64,000 nucleotides of DNA. Origin: Nannocystales bacterium. Lineage in GTDB: Bacteria; Myxococcota_A; Polyangia; Nannocystales; Nannocystaceae. Position numbers and translations under genes: made by a program. Location: NCBI GenBank assembly GCA_050633305.1, contig JBOEGF010000009.1, positions 94,314-158,313 of the forward strand. The letters run 5' to 3'. The notes beneath the pieces are model-generated. The model searched no databases and was not told where the DNA came from. It worked only from the letters and a program-made list of their open reading frames with translations. Every line of letters starts with the position of its first letter. Position 1 is the stretch's first letter. This document shows, piece after piece, positions 26,637 to 36,427 of the stretch.

Positions 26637-28838
26637 ATGCTCCACAGGCCTCCTCATCGTTCCCCCCGTCTCGTCCTCGTTGCTGCGCTGCTGCTCTCGG
26701 TCGGCGGATGCCACCCTCGCTCCGGCGAGCGCCACCCCGACGCCGCGGAAGTGTCGACGCCCACCGCAGGTTTTCCGGCTGCGACGCCCGAGGACGTGGG
26801 CATTCCCAGCGAGGCGCTGGAGCGACTCTCGCGACGAGTCCAGGCGCTGGTCGACGACGAAGACATCGTGGGCGGCGAGTTGATGGTCGTGAAGAACCGG
26901 CGGACCGTCTTTCAAGCCGCGTATGGCTGGAAGGACCGCGAGGCTGGGCAGGCGTTGGAGACCGACGCCGTGTACTGCGTGCGGTCGATGACGAAACCGT
27001 TAATCGGGACCGCGATCCAGATGTTGGTGGACGATGGCCGGCTCCGTGTCGACACACCTGTCCATGAGATCTTGCCGTCGTTCGACACGCCGGACACCCG
27101 CGGGATCACGGTCGAGCATCTCCTCTCCCACACCGGCGGCTTCCCGATCTCGACCATCGCTCAGCCGCTCGATGCCTACCCAGACCTCGCTGCCGTCGCG
27201 GCTGAAGCCGCAGCGACCCCGCTCCTGTTCGAACCCGGGACTCGGTTCGAATACAGCGATGCGTCGGCTGACACGCTGGGGGCGATCGTCGAAACGTTGA
27301 CCGGGGCCTCCGCGGAGGCATTCATTCAAGAGCGCATCCTCGACCCGCTGGGGATGCAGGACTCGTTCACGCTGCTGACCCCCGATGCGCCGTTTCGGGC
27401 CCGGATCCCCAGCGCCTATTCCGGGGGACCGGGGGCGTGGGAGCGGCACTGGCAACCCTCGGCGTCGATCATGTTTCCGATCTTCTTGCCGTCGCAGAGT
27501 TTGTACTCGACGACGACCGACTACGCTCGATTCGTGACCCTGTGGATGGACCGAGGCCGAGTCGGGAACGAGCAGCTGCTCTCGAGGGAAGCGGTCGCGC
27601 GCGGGCTCGTTCCTCGTGAGCGCATCACTGGCATGCGCTCCGGGTTTCAGGGGCTGGACCTCTACTACGGCCAACAATGGGTCCTGTATGCGGACCCGGA
27701 CCCGGAGCGTCCGCAGCATCGGGTGTTCGGTCACTCCGGATCCGACGGAACACATGCGTGGGTGTGGCCCGAGGAGGACCTGATCGTGCTGTTTTTCACG
27801 CAGTCTCGCGGCACAATGGCAGGCATCGCGCTGGAACCAGCCCTGCAGAAGCTGCTGGTCCAGCAGGACCTCAGTGCGCCCGAGCCTGTGGGTGCTTCGC
27901 AGGCGTTGGGCGAGTTGGCCGGGCTGTATTGGGATGAGACCGCACACGCGGCGTACTACGTCATGACGCCGAAGGGCCGCGGATTGGTGCTGGAACGTCC
28001 CGGTCGCATGCGGATGACGTTGGTTCCCGGCGAGATCCCCGGCCGCTATGAGCACGAAGCCGGCGCCCCGGCGTGGGTTGAGTTCGTGCGGGACGAAGCG
28101 GGCGCGGTCATCTCCATGCGCACCTCGTTCGCAGGGACGGTGGAACTCGACCCCAAGTACGTGCCCGATCCGAGCCTACCTTCGGTGCCCGACGTGCTCG
28201 CTCGCGTCCGCGCGGCTCACGGGATCGACAACCTTCCCAAAGCGGGGACCGTGCAGCTTCGGGGGACCGTGACCTTGAAGTCGCGCCGTCTGGAGGGGGT
28301 GTTCTCCTCGACGTTCGACAGCACGCATTCGAACTCGTCGGCGGAACTCGCCGGCACCGAAGAGGTGGTCGTGGTCTCGGGCGACCAAGCTTGGTACCGC
28401 GCGACGCACTTGGGCGCACAAGAGCTGACGGGGGCCCGTCGTGCCCAGACGTTGCTCGACCAGGTCTCGGTTCGATATGGGGACTGGTCGGAGCACTACG
28501 AGAGTGTCGAAGTCCTCAAGCGCCTCGAGCATGATGACCAGTCCGTTCTCCTGGTGCGGGTGGTGCCCAAGGAGGGTCCGGGGGCGACGATGGTGGTGGA
28601 CGAAAAGACCGGGCGCTTGATCCACACCGACACCCTCGTGCAGGTCCCCGGGCTCGGGTTGGTCGGGGTGGAGACGGACTACGGGGACTTTCGCGATGTC
28701 GGTGGGATGACCCTCCCATTCAAGGTGGTGGCCACGTACGCCACGCCGATGATCGGTACGATCGTCTCCGTCGTCACCGAGTCCAAGACGGGCGTTCGGG
28801 TGCCCGAGGACACCTTCAAAGCCCCTCGGGCGGAGTGA
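26637..28838 (+). CDS. Serine hydrolase (beta-lactamase class C/AmpC-like) lipoprotein with extra C-terminal domains
   Basis: SMTK, LLSHTGG, FEYSD, GHSG; lipobox VGGC; about 330 aa C-terminal extension. Confidence 0.85.
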   Translation: MLHRPPHRSPRLVLVAALLLSVGGCHPRSGERHPDAAEVSTPTAGFPAATPEDVGIPSEALERLSRRVQALVDDEDIVGGELMVVKNRRTVFQAAYGWKDREAGQALETDAVYCVRSMTKPLIGTAIQMLVDDGRLRVDTPVHEILPSFDTPDTRGITVEHLLSHTGGFPISTIAQPLDAYPDLAAVAAEAAATPLLFEPGTRFEYSDASADTLGAIVETLTGASAEAFIQERILDPLGMQDSFTLLTPDAPFRARIPSAYSGGPGAWERHWQPSASIMFPIFLPSQSLYSTTTDYARFVTLWMDRGRVGNEQLLSREAVARGLVPRERITGMRSGFQGLDLYYGQQWVLYADPDPERPQHRVFGHSGSDGTHAWVWPEEDLIVLFFTQSRGTMAGIALEPALQKLLVQQDLSAPEPVGASQALGELAGLYWDETAHAAYYVMTPKGRGLVLERPGRMRMTLVPGEIPGRYEHEAGAPAWVEFVRDEAGAVISMRTSFAGTVELDPKYVPDPSLPSVPDVLARVRAAHGIDNLPKAGTVQLRGTVTLKSRRLEGVFSSTFDSTHSNSSAELAGTEEVVVVSGDQAWYRATHLGAQELTGARRAQTLLDQVSVRYGDWSEHYESVEVLKRLEHDDQSVLLVRVVPKEGPGATMVVDEKTGRLIHTDTLVQVPGLGLVGVETDYGDFRDVGGMTLPFKVVATYATPMIGTIVSVVTESKTGVRVPEDTFKAPRAE

Positions 28839-28953
28839 TCGACTCCGGGCTTGAGCGGGCCTGATCTTCACCCGTTCGGCGCAACGCACAAGAGCGGCCG
28901 AGTTCCGCGTGCCCTCACGCCCCGGGGCTGTCGACGGCGCTGGGCCACAGGCG

Positions 28954-29790
28954 TTAGGAGGCGGCCACGCGGCGGAGGAACGCCTCGCCGTCTTTGCGCC
29001 CGAGGTCGAACGTGGCCTGAACCCGAGCGGGGTTGGCGTAGTCCCACAGGGCGATCGGGACCGGCGCGCTGGGCCGGACCGCGGTCATACCGGGAAACTC
29101 CGGGAGCGCGTCGTCGTGTCGGGACAGCAGGACCAGCGTTGGGCCGTGGTGGGAGACCTGCTCCACAGGGACACTGTCGACCAGCGCTCCGTCGAGAACA
29201 TTGCGACCCTCTCGCCGCATGAGTGGCATCAGCGGAGGCGCACAAGACGACTGCAGAATCAGATCCGCGAGGTCGGCCGCGTTCTCACACTGGTCCGCGC
29301 GGACCATCGCGGCCTGGTACCCCAAGCGTCGCGGCCAACGTGGTCGTACCCGCCCGGCCACGCGTCGCTCGATCCGGTACGAGACCAGCCCCACAGCGGC
29401 CGCGACTGCGGGGTGCCAGCCGCTGGGGGGATGGGTCAGCATCACGTAGATCTCGGGCCCTTCGCGCAGGGCCTTGAGCATCTCGGGGGTCGTCGTGCGC
29501 TCGATGGTCCCTCGGTACATCTCGTAGTGGGGAAACACGGGGCCCGCTCGGCCGACGTTGCCCAGGTGGAGGTTGCTGGGGTTCTCGTCGGTGCGCCGCT
29601 TGAACTCCTCGAGCACATGGCGACTGCGACCGGTCACCGCGGCACAGGCGAACGCCGCACCGGCGCTGACCGAGGCGATGACCGCGGGCTCGAAGAGGTG
29701 GCCTGCCTCCTCCCAGAAACCAGCCTGCCAGAAGCAGCGGCATCCACCCCCGGAGAAGACCACCGCCCGGATCGAACTGGGCTCAAGCAT
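28954..29790 (-). CDS. Patatin-like phospholipase
   Basis: FSGGGCRC Gly-loop, VSAG nucleophile elbow, LDGA catalytic Asp. Confidence 0.85.
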   Translation of the reverse strand: MLEPSSIRAVVFSGGGCRCFWQAGFWEEAGHLFEPAVIASVSAGAAFACAAVTGRSRHVLEEFKRRTDENPSNLHLGNVGRAGPVFPHYEMYRGTIERTTTPEMLKALREGPEIYVMLTHPPSGWHPAVAAAVGLVSYRIERRVAGRVRPRWPRRLGYQAAMVRADQCENAADLADLILQSSCAPPLMPLMRREGRNVLDGALVDSVPVEQVSHHGPTLVLLSRHDDALPEFPGMTAVRPSAPVPIALWDYANPARVQATFDLGRKDGEAFLRRVAAS

Positions 29791-29929
29791 GGGAGGTGTT
29801 GTAGAGGGCTGGAGGCCTCCTGCCCAGCGACGTTTCGATTGTTGCGTATCTGGGAGCGCGCCTTACGAGGAGGCGAGGGGCCCTTGCGGGATGCGCGCTA
29901 TGAACCCGAGGTGCGGTGCAGTCCGCCGC

Positions 29930-32062
29930 TCAGACGGCCTCGAAGAAGGTGTCGCCGTGGTCGGCCATCTGTCGAAGCGCTCGCGGAACGGCATATCGCT
30001 CGCCGTACTGCTCCGCGAACGTGTCCATCTGTGCCACGAAGGCGGCCACGCCCATGCGGTCGATGTACGAGAGGGGTCCACCGGTCGCCGGCGAGAACCC
30101 AACGCCAAAGATGGCGCCGACTTCTGCATCGCGGCGGCGCTCGATGATGCCCTCGGCCACGGTACGGGCCGCCTCGAGGGCTTGAATGCCGAGCAGCCGG
30201 GCACGCAGGTGCTCCACCGACGTGTCCTCGGGCGTGCCGCGGGCGTGGGCCTTGAGGCCCGCCCAAAGTCCGCGGCGTCGGCCGTCTTTGTAGTCGTAGA
30301 ACCCGGCCCCTACAGCCTTGCCCGTTCGTCCATCCGCCACGAGCGTCTCGACCATGGCCACGCCTGGCAGGTCCAGGCTCCGTCCGTACTTACGACCCAT
30401 GCTGAACGCCTTGGCGCCCAGGGAGAGGGTGACCTCATCGAACACCTGAAGTGGCGGTACAACCATCCCGGCGCTGCGTCCTGCCCATTCCACGACAACG
30501 GGGTCGTGCCCCTCTGCGACGAGTTGGGCACCCTCGAGGATGTAGGCTGAGAACACCCGCGTGGTGTAGAAACCGTAGCCATCACCGACCACGATCGGGA
30601 GCTTGCCGATGCTCTGGGTGAAGGCGAGCGCGCGAGCGGCCGTCGACTCGGAGGTCTGCTCCCCGACGATCACCTCCAGCAACTCCATTTTCTCGACCGG
30701 AGAGAAGAAGTGCAGTCCGATGAAGTTGTCGGGATTGCTGCTGACCTTGGCGAGGTCGCCGATGGGGAGCGCGCTGGTGTTGGACGCCCAAATGCCCCCC
30801 TCGGCGAGCATCGGTTCGGCCTCTTGGGTCACCCGGTGTTTGAGTTCGAGGTTTTCGAAGACGGCCTCGATGATGAGGTCGGAGCCTCGCAGCGGCTCGA
30901 GCTCGAGCGTGGTCTGGATGCGTCCGAGTAGGGTGTTGCGGGCCTCGTCGCCGAGGTGCCGGAGCTTGGCAGCCTGGGCGGCGCAGTGGGCCTCGGCGGT
31001 CTGCAGTGTTGCCTCGTCGATGTCGCGCAGAACAACGTCGTATCCCGCCTTGGCGCAGACGAACGCCAACCCCGCGCCCATCATGCCGGCGCCGAGGATC
31101 GAGACCTTCTGGATGCGCGCCGACTCGGCTCGCGGAAGGCCCTCGTGCTTCTTGGCCGCGTTGCGGTGGTACCAGAGCGTGCGGATCATGTCCTTGGCTT
31201 GGTCCGAGATCGCCAGCTGCACGAAGGCCCGGGCCTCGACTTGCAGGGCTCGATCGAAGTCGAGGGCGAGTCCTTCTTGGACCGTCGCAATCGCGAGTCG
31301 GGGGGCTGCGTAGGCACCCGCGGTCTTCTTCTCGATCATGCCGCAGGCGGCCATGAACAGGTTCCGAGCATCACCGGAGCCAGCCCGTGGGCCCGGCATT
31401 CGGCCCTTGCGGTCCCAGGGTTGTGCGGCCCCGGGGTTGGCCTCGATGAAGTCCAGCGCCGCTTGGCGAACGGCGGCCGCATCGGGAGCCAGCGCGTCGA
31501 CCAGTCCTGCAGCCCTGGCTTTGGGGGCGCGCAGGACCTTGCCCTGCAGGATGATGTCGAGGGCAGCCTGAATGCCGATCAACCGGGGGAGGCGCTGGCT
31601 ACCGCCCGCCCCGGGGATCACGCCGAGCGTGACCTCCGGGAGCCCGACTTGAACGTGGCCTTCGTCGAGTGCGATGCGGTGGTGGCAGGCGAGGGCCAAC
31701 TCGTAGCCGCCGCCGAGCGCCGAGCCCGTCAGGGTCGCGACCACGGGCACGCTCATCGTCTCGAGTCGTCGATACAGCGCCGAGAGTTTCTCGACGCGCT
31801 CGAGCAACGCTCGGGCATCGCGCTCGGGGAACAGCGCATCGAGGTCGGCCCCCACGCAGAAGTCGCGGTGCGCGGTGTCGATGATGATGCCGCGAAGGCC
31901 CTCCTGGGCGGCAGCCCAGTCGAGTGCCTGCCCGAGCCCGATGCCGAAGGCCGCATCGATGCGGTTGACCTTGGGCATCGCGAGCGTGAGCGTGGCGACG
32001 TGGGTCTGTGCGTCGAACTGGAGGCGGACCGTCTTGTTTTCGGTGGTGGTGGGTGCGTTCAT
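29930..32062 (-). CDS. fadB: Fatty acid oxidation multifunctional enzyme (enoyl-CoA hydratase/3-hydroxyacyl-CoA dehydrogenase)
   Basis: FCVGADL, ALGGGYELALACH, GLPEVTLG, GAGMMGAG, EAVFE, SNTS, GLHFFSPV. Confidence 0.93.
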   Translation of the reverse strand: MNAPTTTENKTVRLQFDAQTHVATLTLAMPKVNRIDAAFGIGLGQALDWAAAQEGLRGIIIDTAHRDFCVGADLDALFPERDARALLERVEKLSALYRRLETMSVPVVATLTGSALGGGYELALACHHRIALDEGHVQVGLPEVTLGVIPGAGGSQRLPRLIGIQAALDIILQGKVLRAPKARAAGLVDALAPDAAAVRQAALDFIEANPGAAQPWDRKGRMPGPRAGSGDARNLFMAACGMIEKKTAGAYAAPRLAIATVQEGLALDFDRALQVEARAFVQLAISDQAKDMIRTLWYHRNAAKKHEGLPRAESARIQKVSILGAGMMGAGLAFVCAKAGYDVVLRDIDEATLQTAEAHCAAQAAKLRHLGDEARNTLLGRIQTTLELEPLRGSDLIIEAVFENLELKHRVTQEAEPMLAEGGIWASNTSALPIGDLAKVSSNPDNFIGLHFFSPVEKMELLEVIVGEQTSESTAARALAFTQSIGKLPIVVGDGYGFYTTRVFSAYILEGAQLVAEGHDPVVVEWAGRSAGMVVPPLQVFDEVTLSLGAKAFSMGRKYGRSLDLPGVAMVETLVADGRTGKAVGAGFYDYKDGRRRGLWAGLKAHARGTPEDTSVEHLRARLLGIQALEAARTVAEGIIERRRDAEVGAIFGVGFSPATGGPLSYIDRMGVAAFVAQMDTFAEQYGERYAVPRALRQMADHGDTFFEAV

Positions 32063-32078
32063 CGCGATGGCTCCGAGT

Positions 32079-33284
32079 TCAGACGCGTTCGAGAATGGTG
32101 GCGATGCCCATGCCACCGCCGATGCACAGCGTGACGGCGCCGACTTGCTTGTCATGGTCCTCGAGCGCGTCGAGGACTGTTCCCAAGAGCATCGCTCCGG
32201 TGGCGCCCAGGGGGTGCCCCAGCGCGATCGCACCGCCGTTGACATTGACTGTGCTGGGGTCGACCTCCAACTCTTGCATGAAGGCCAGCGGCACGGCAGC
32301 GAACGCTTCGTTGACCTCCCAAAGCTCGACGTCACTGGCTTGCATACCGGCCTTGGCCAACGCCTTGCGGGTGGCTGGCATGGGTCCGGCAAGCATTAAG
32401 ATGGGATCGGTGCCGACCACCGCGACCGAGCGGATCTTCGCGCGTGGCGTCAGCCCCATGGATTTGCCCATCTGCTCGGTGGCCACCAGCACCGCGGCGG
32501 CACCATCGACGATGCCCGAGCTGTTGCCTGCGTGGTGCACGTGTTGGACACGCTCGACCTGGGGGTAGCGCTCCTTGGTCAGCGCATCCAGCCCGAACTG
32601 TCGGCCCATGGTTTCGAACGACGCCCCCAACTCGGATAGTGTCTCGAGGGTGGTGCCTGGACGTGGGTGCTCGTCGGACTCGAGGACCGGGAGCCCCAGA
32701 CGGTCGGTCACGGGGACCAGGCTTCGCCCAAAGCGGTCCGCCTCGACCGCAGCCGCGGCTCGTTGCTGACTCTGCACTGCAAACCGGTCGCAGTCTTCTC
32801 GGGTGATCCCGTTGAGCGTTGCCAGAAGGTCTGCACTGATGCCTTGCGGGACCGATCCGACGTTCCACAACGTGCTGGGATCGAAGATGGCTCCTCCGTC
32901 GCTTCCCATCGCGACGCGAGACATGCTCTCCACGCCTCCGGCGACGACGCAGTCGTAGAAACCCGAGGCGACCATCGCTGCGGCGTCGTTGACCGCCTGA
33001 AGTCCGGAGCCACAGAATCGGTTGAGCGTCACGCCGGGTGCGTCGAGGTCCCATCCCGCCTCCAGGGCCGCAAATCGGGCGATGCACGCCCCCTGGTCCC
33101 CGGTCTGGGTCACGCAGCCGATGACGACATCGTCGACGATGGAGGTGTCGAGGCTGTTGCGCTCCGCCAGTGCGTGGAGCGACTGCGCGAGAAGGTCGAT
33201 CGGGCGGGTCGCGTAGAGGCTTCCGCTCTTCTTGCCGCGTCCTCGTGGGCTGCGGACGGCATCAAATACATAGGCGTCGGGCAC
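32079..33284 (-). CDS. fadA: Acetyl-CoA C-acyltransferase (thiolase)
   Basis: NRFCGSG, EVNEAFA, NGGAIALGHPLGATG, LCIGGGMG; GTG start after CAGGAG. Confidence 0.95.
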   Translation of the reverse strand: MPDAYVFDAVRSPRGRGKKSGSLYATRPIDLLAQSLHALAERNSLDTSIVDDVVIGCVTQTGDQGACIARFAALEAGWDLDAPGVTLNRFCGSGLQAVNDAAAMVASGFYDCVVAGGVESMSRVAMGSDGGAIFDPSTLWNVGSVPQGISADLLATLNGITREDCDRFAVQSQQRAAAAVEADRFGRSLVPVTDRLGLPVLESDEHPRPGTTLETLSELGASFETMGRQFGLDALTKERYPQVERVQHVHHAGNSSGIVDGAAAVLVATEQMGKSMGLTPRAKIRSVAVVGTDPILMLAGPMPATRKALAKAGMQASDVELWEVNEAFAAVPLAFMQELEVDPSTVNVNGGAIALGHPLGATGAMLLGTVLDALEDHDKQVGAVTLCIGGGMGIATILERV

Positions 33285-33321
33285 GGTGCACTCCTGCCGC
33301 CCGTCGGGGGCTGGCGAAGGT

Positions 33322-33341
33322 ATAGTAAGCATGCTTAGTAT
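33322..33341. promoter_or_regulatory. Palindromic operator candidate ATAgTAAGCATGCTTAgTAT
   Basis: AT-rich dyad with a perfect 12-bp core in the 66-nt gap between divergent fadA and the MarR gene. Confidence 0.7.
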
Positions 33342-33350
33342 TCGGGTGCA

Positions 33351-33887
33351 ATGGCGCCGAAGACCACCACTGCACCTTCGCAGCCGACCGTCGGCGTTGC
33401 CGCAGCCACCGTCGCGGCAGAGGCTGGTGTCGCGCCGGACACACTCGAGCTTCGTCGGGTTCAGTCCGAGGCGTACTTGACGTTTGTGGCGATCGGGCGA
33501 CGACTCGAACGGCGGGTGGCGAGGCTCTTCGACGCGCATGGCCTTCACGACGTGACGCCGCCGCAGGCCAACGCCCTGATGATCCTGTTTGCGGCCAAGG
33601 AGCCGCTCCAAGCACGTGCGTTGGCCGACCGCATGGAACTCTCGCAAGTCACGGTGGGCCGTTTTCTCAAAGCCCTGGAGCAGGAGGGCTGGGTCGCCCG
33701 CGAGCGCGACCCCGACGATGCCCGCGCGATGCTCGTGCGGCCGACGCCCAAGGCCTATCGGACGCTTCCGAGCTTCATCGCGGTCTCGAACACGATGCTC
33801 GACCAGGCATTCGATGGGTTCTCCCGACCCGAGATCCGCCGGATCGCAACGGTCGCGGGGCGCGTCCGGGAAAACCTCTCCGACTGA
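33351..33887 (+). CDS. MarR family transcriptional regulator
   Basis: VTPPQANAL, LADRMELSQVTVGRFLKALEQEGWVAR..DPDDAR. Confidence 0.92.
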   Translation: MAPKTTTAPSQPTVGVAAATVAAEAGVAPDTLELRRVQSEAYLTFVAIGRRLERRVARLFDAHGLHDVTPPQANALMILFAAKEPLQARALADRMELSQVTVGRFLKALEQEGWVARERDPDDARAMLVRPTPKAYRTLPSFIAVSNTMLDQAFDGFSRPEIRRIATVAGRVRENLSD

Positions 33888-33894
33888 GCGGGCG

Positions 33895-34725
33895 CTACAG
33901 TTCCAGCGATTCGAGGACCCAGGTCGGCTGCAGCGGTGCATCGGGGAGTGGTCGGCGGCCGACGCCGGTTTCGGTCAGGGCGACGTCGAGCCCGGCCGTG
34001 AGCGCCCCGGCGACGTCCGTCTCCAGTTGATCGCCGATCATCAGGATGCGGCCTTCGAGCCGTTGTGTGGCGGCTTCGAAGATCGGTGCGTGGGGCTTGC
34101 CCAGACGCTCGAAGCTTGGGGCGTCTGTCCCGAAGCGAGCCTGGAGTCCGCGCTCGATCACACACGCCGCGGCGCCCGCGGTGATGCCCACTGCGCCGCC
34201 GGCCTTGGGATACAGGATGTCGGGGTTGGGCAGCACGAGGGCGGTGGGGTGCCCAAGTTCGGTGCGACGAATGAGGGTGGACAGGACGGCTTCGATCGTC
34301 TGGACGAAGGGGAACCCAGCTTCGTCACAGACCAGCAGGGCCCGAGCTTGTGCGTCCTGTGGTGGGACCACGTGCAGGCCCGCTTCGGCAGCGATCCGTT
34401 GCGAGCCTTCGGGTCCGAGCACGATGCAAGGGGCGTCGATGAGGCCGTGTTGTCGGACCCAGGGACCGACCATCATGCCGCTGGTGAGGATCTCGTCCTC
34501 ACCAAGTCCAATGTCGAATCTCTGAAGGCGATGGTGGACCTGTGCGCGGGTCCGCGAGGCGTCGTTGCTCAGCAGCAGCTTCGCCTTGCCCGATGCGGCC
34601 AGTGCACGCACGAACGCCGCGGCATGGGGCAGGGGGCCCTCGCCGTCGACCAACACGCCGTACGCGTCGAGAAGAAAACCATCGTAGCGCTCGAAGAGGG
34701 AGCGCACTCGGACCACCGTCGACAC
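33895..34725 (-). CDS. HAD-IIA family hydrolase (NagD-like)
   Basis: FLLDAYGVL, LSNDAS, NPD, GKP, MIGDQLETDVAGA. Start uncertain. Confidence 0.88.
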   Translation of the reverse strand: MSTVVRVRSLFERYDGFLLDAYGVLVDGEGPLPHAAAFVRALAASGKAKLLLSNDASRTRAQVHHRLQRFDIGLGEDEILTSGMMVGPWVRQHGLIDAPCIVLGPEGSQRIAAEAGLHVVPPQDAQARALLVCDEAGFPFVQTIEAVLSTLIRRTELGHPTALVLPNPDILYPKAGGAVGITAGAAACVIERGLQARFGTDAPSFERLGKPHAPIFEAATQRLEGRILMIGDQLETDVAGALTAGLDVALTETGVGRRPLPDAPLQPTWVLESLEL

Positions 34726-34757
34726 GGGCCGTAGCGTAGCAGTGCTACGTTGACCGC

Positions 34758-35468
34758 ATGAGTGAGCGGGCGTTTGTGGCAGGGGCCACGGGGTACACCG
34801 GGCGGGCGGTTGTGTCCGAACTCCGCCGACGCGGTTTGACGACGACGGCACACGTGCGCCCCGACTCGTCGTCGTTGTCGCGTTGGACACAGCGCTTCGA
34901 GGAACTCGGCGCGGTGGTGGACACCACCGCCTGGGAGCTCGAGGCCATGACCACGACGCTCGCCGCAGTCCAGCCCACGGTCGTCTTTGCACTGTTGGGG
35001 ACCACGCGCAGGCGGGCGGCGACCGAAGGCATGGACAGCAAGGCGGGGTACGAGCGGATCGACTACGGTTTGTCGAAGCTCCTGCTCGATGCATGTCGTG
35101 CTGCGGCCCCACAGGCGCGCTTCATTTACCTGTCCTCGCTCGGTGTGAAAGAAGGGACCCGCAACCCTTACCTCTCGGCACGCGCACGGGTGGAGCGAGC
35201 GCTGCGAGACTGCGGTCAGCCGTTCACCGTGGCGCGGCCGAGTTTCATCTCCGGTCCAGGCCGGGACGAGGACCGACTGGGTGAGCGGGTCGGCGCAACG
35301 GTTGCGGACGCGCTCTTGGGTGCGGTGGGGTGGCTGGGGGCCAGGCGAACCCGGGACCGATTTGCGTCGATGGATGCCGACACGCTCGCCGCGGGGCTGG
35401 TGCGCGCTGCCCTCGACCCCGAGGCGCGGGACGCTGTCCTCGAGGCAGATGCGCTTCGAGCGGGCTGA
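34758..35468 (+). CDS. NAD(P)-binding Rossmann protein (atypical SDR/epimerase-like)
   Basis: VAGATGYTG, ALLGTT, IDY, YLSSLG, ARPSFI. Confidence 0.85.
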   Translation: MSERAFVAGATGYTGRAVVSELRRRGLTTTAHVRPDSSSLSRWTQRFEELGAVVDTTAWELEAMTTTLAAVQPTVVFALLGTTRRRAATEGMDSKAGYERIDYGLSKLLLDACRAAAPQARFIYLSSLGVKEGTRNPYLSARARVERALRDCGQPFTVARPSFISGPGRDEDRLGERVGATVADALLGAVGWLGARRTRDRFASMDADTLAAGLVRAALDPEARDAVLEADALRAG

Positions 35469-35477
35469 CCCCATCGG

Positions 35478-35497
35478 AGCTCGGCCCGGGCTTTTTT
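35478..35497 (+). terminator. Weak intrinsic terminator candidate
   Basis: AGCTCG-GCC-CGGGCT short stem followed by a T run, just after the stop at 35468. Confidence 0.35.
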
Positions 35498-35546
35498 CGA
35501 GTTTGTCGTGATCCGATCCGGGCTCGCGCCGCACAACCCCCCTGGC

Positions 35547-36413
35547 GTGAAGCGGTTTGCCCTGATCCTCATCATGACTCCCGGGTGCTTCTCGGAACCC
35601 ACGGAACCCCTTGCGACAGGGTCTACTGGCGATCCTGCGAGCTCTTCAGGAGACTTGCAGCCTGGCTCTTCGAGCGACAACGACGCGGGCGGAGAGTCCA
35701 GCGGGTTCGGAACGTGGGGGAGCAGTTCGACGGGCTGGATTCTCGAGAGCTCCACCGGGAGCTCGGGCGGGGACTCGGACGACACGTCGACAACCACGGG
35801 ACCCCAAGGAACGTGCGGCAATGGAGAGGTCGAGGCCGGTGAGGTTTGTGATGAGCCTAGCGCGACGTTGGAGACCGGTGCGTGTCGCCCTGACTGCGCG
35901 GGGGTGATCGAGAGCCGGACGATCCGAGTCTCGAACACAAGTGTCCTGGGGGACCTGGGGCAGAACCCCGTCGCCACGGTCGATGCGCTGTGTCCTGCGG
36001 GTCATCGCGCGATGTTTTCGGACGGCGAGAACCGACGGGCGACCACGGTGGCCAATGGTGTGTTCGACCCCGTGGACTGGGTTCTGGAGCCGTACACCGC
36101 GTACGTGAACGCGAACGGGGCGTTGCTGTGGGTGACCGACGAGGTCGCGCTGCTGGGCGTTCGGACGGGGACCACACAGACGCTCCTCGCCCCCATCGTC
36201 GCGTTCGAAGACAACCCCCCCGGCTGCATCACTGGGATGAACGCGGACTGGACGGCGCCGGCGAGTGCGGACTGCCTGGGCTGGTCCACGGCTGCGGCGT
36301 CGGAGGACCACAACGTGGGCATTCCGTGGGTACAGGACGTCGGCGCGTTTCTGAACAACGGTGGGATCACGCCGTGCAACCTTCCCGAGCATGTGTACTG
36401 CGTCGAGGGGTGA
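35547..36413 (+). CDS. Lipoprotein with Ser/Thr tether and DUF1554-like (Leptospira Len/endostatin-like) domain
   Basis: Lipobox-like TPGC; CGNG.VE.GE.CD myxobacterial Cys motif; RAMFSDG.RRA..DWVL.PYT.Y; terminal C..HVYCVE. Confidence 0.65.
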   Translation: MKRFALILIMTPGCFSEPTEPLATGSTGDPASSSGDLQPGSSSDNDAGGESSGFGTWGSSSTGWILESSTGSSGGDSDDTSTTTGPQGTCGNGEVEAGEVCDEPSATLETGACRPDCAGVIESRTIRVSNTSVLGDLGQNPVATVDALCPAGHRAMFSDGENRRATTVANGVFDPVDWVLEPYTAYVNANGALLWVTDEVALLGVRTGTTQTLLAPIVAFEDNPPGCITGMNADWTAPASADCLGWSTAAASEDHNVGIPWVQDVGAFLNNGGITPCNLPEHVYCVEG

Positions 36414-36427
36414 GCGCGGCGGGGTGC

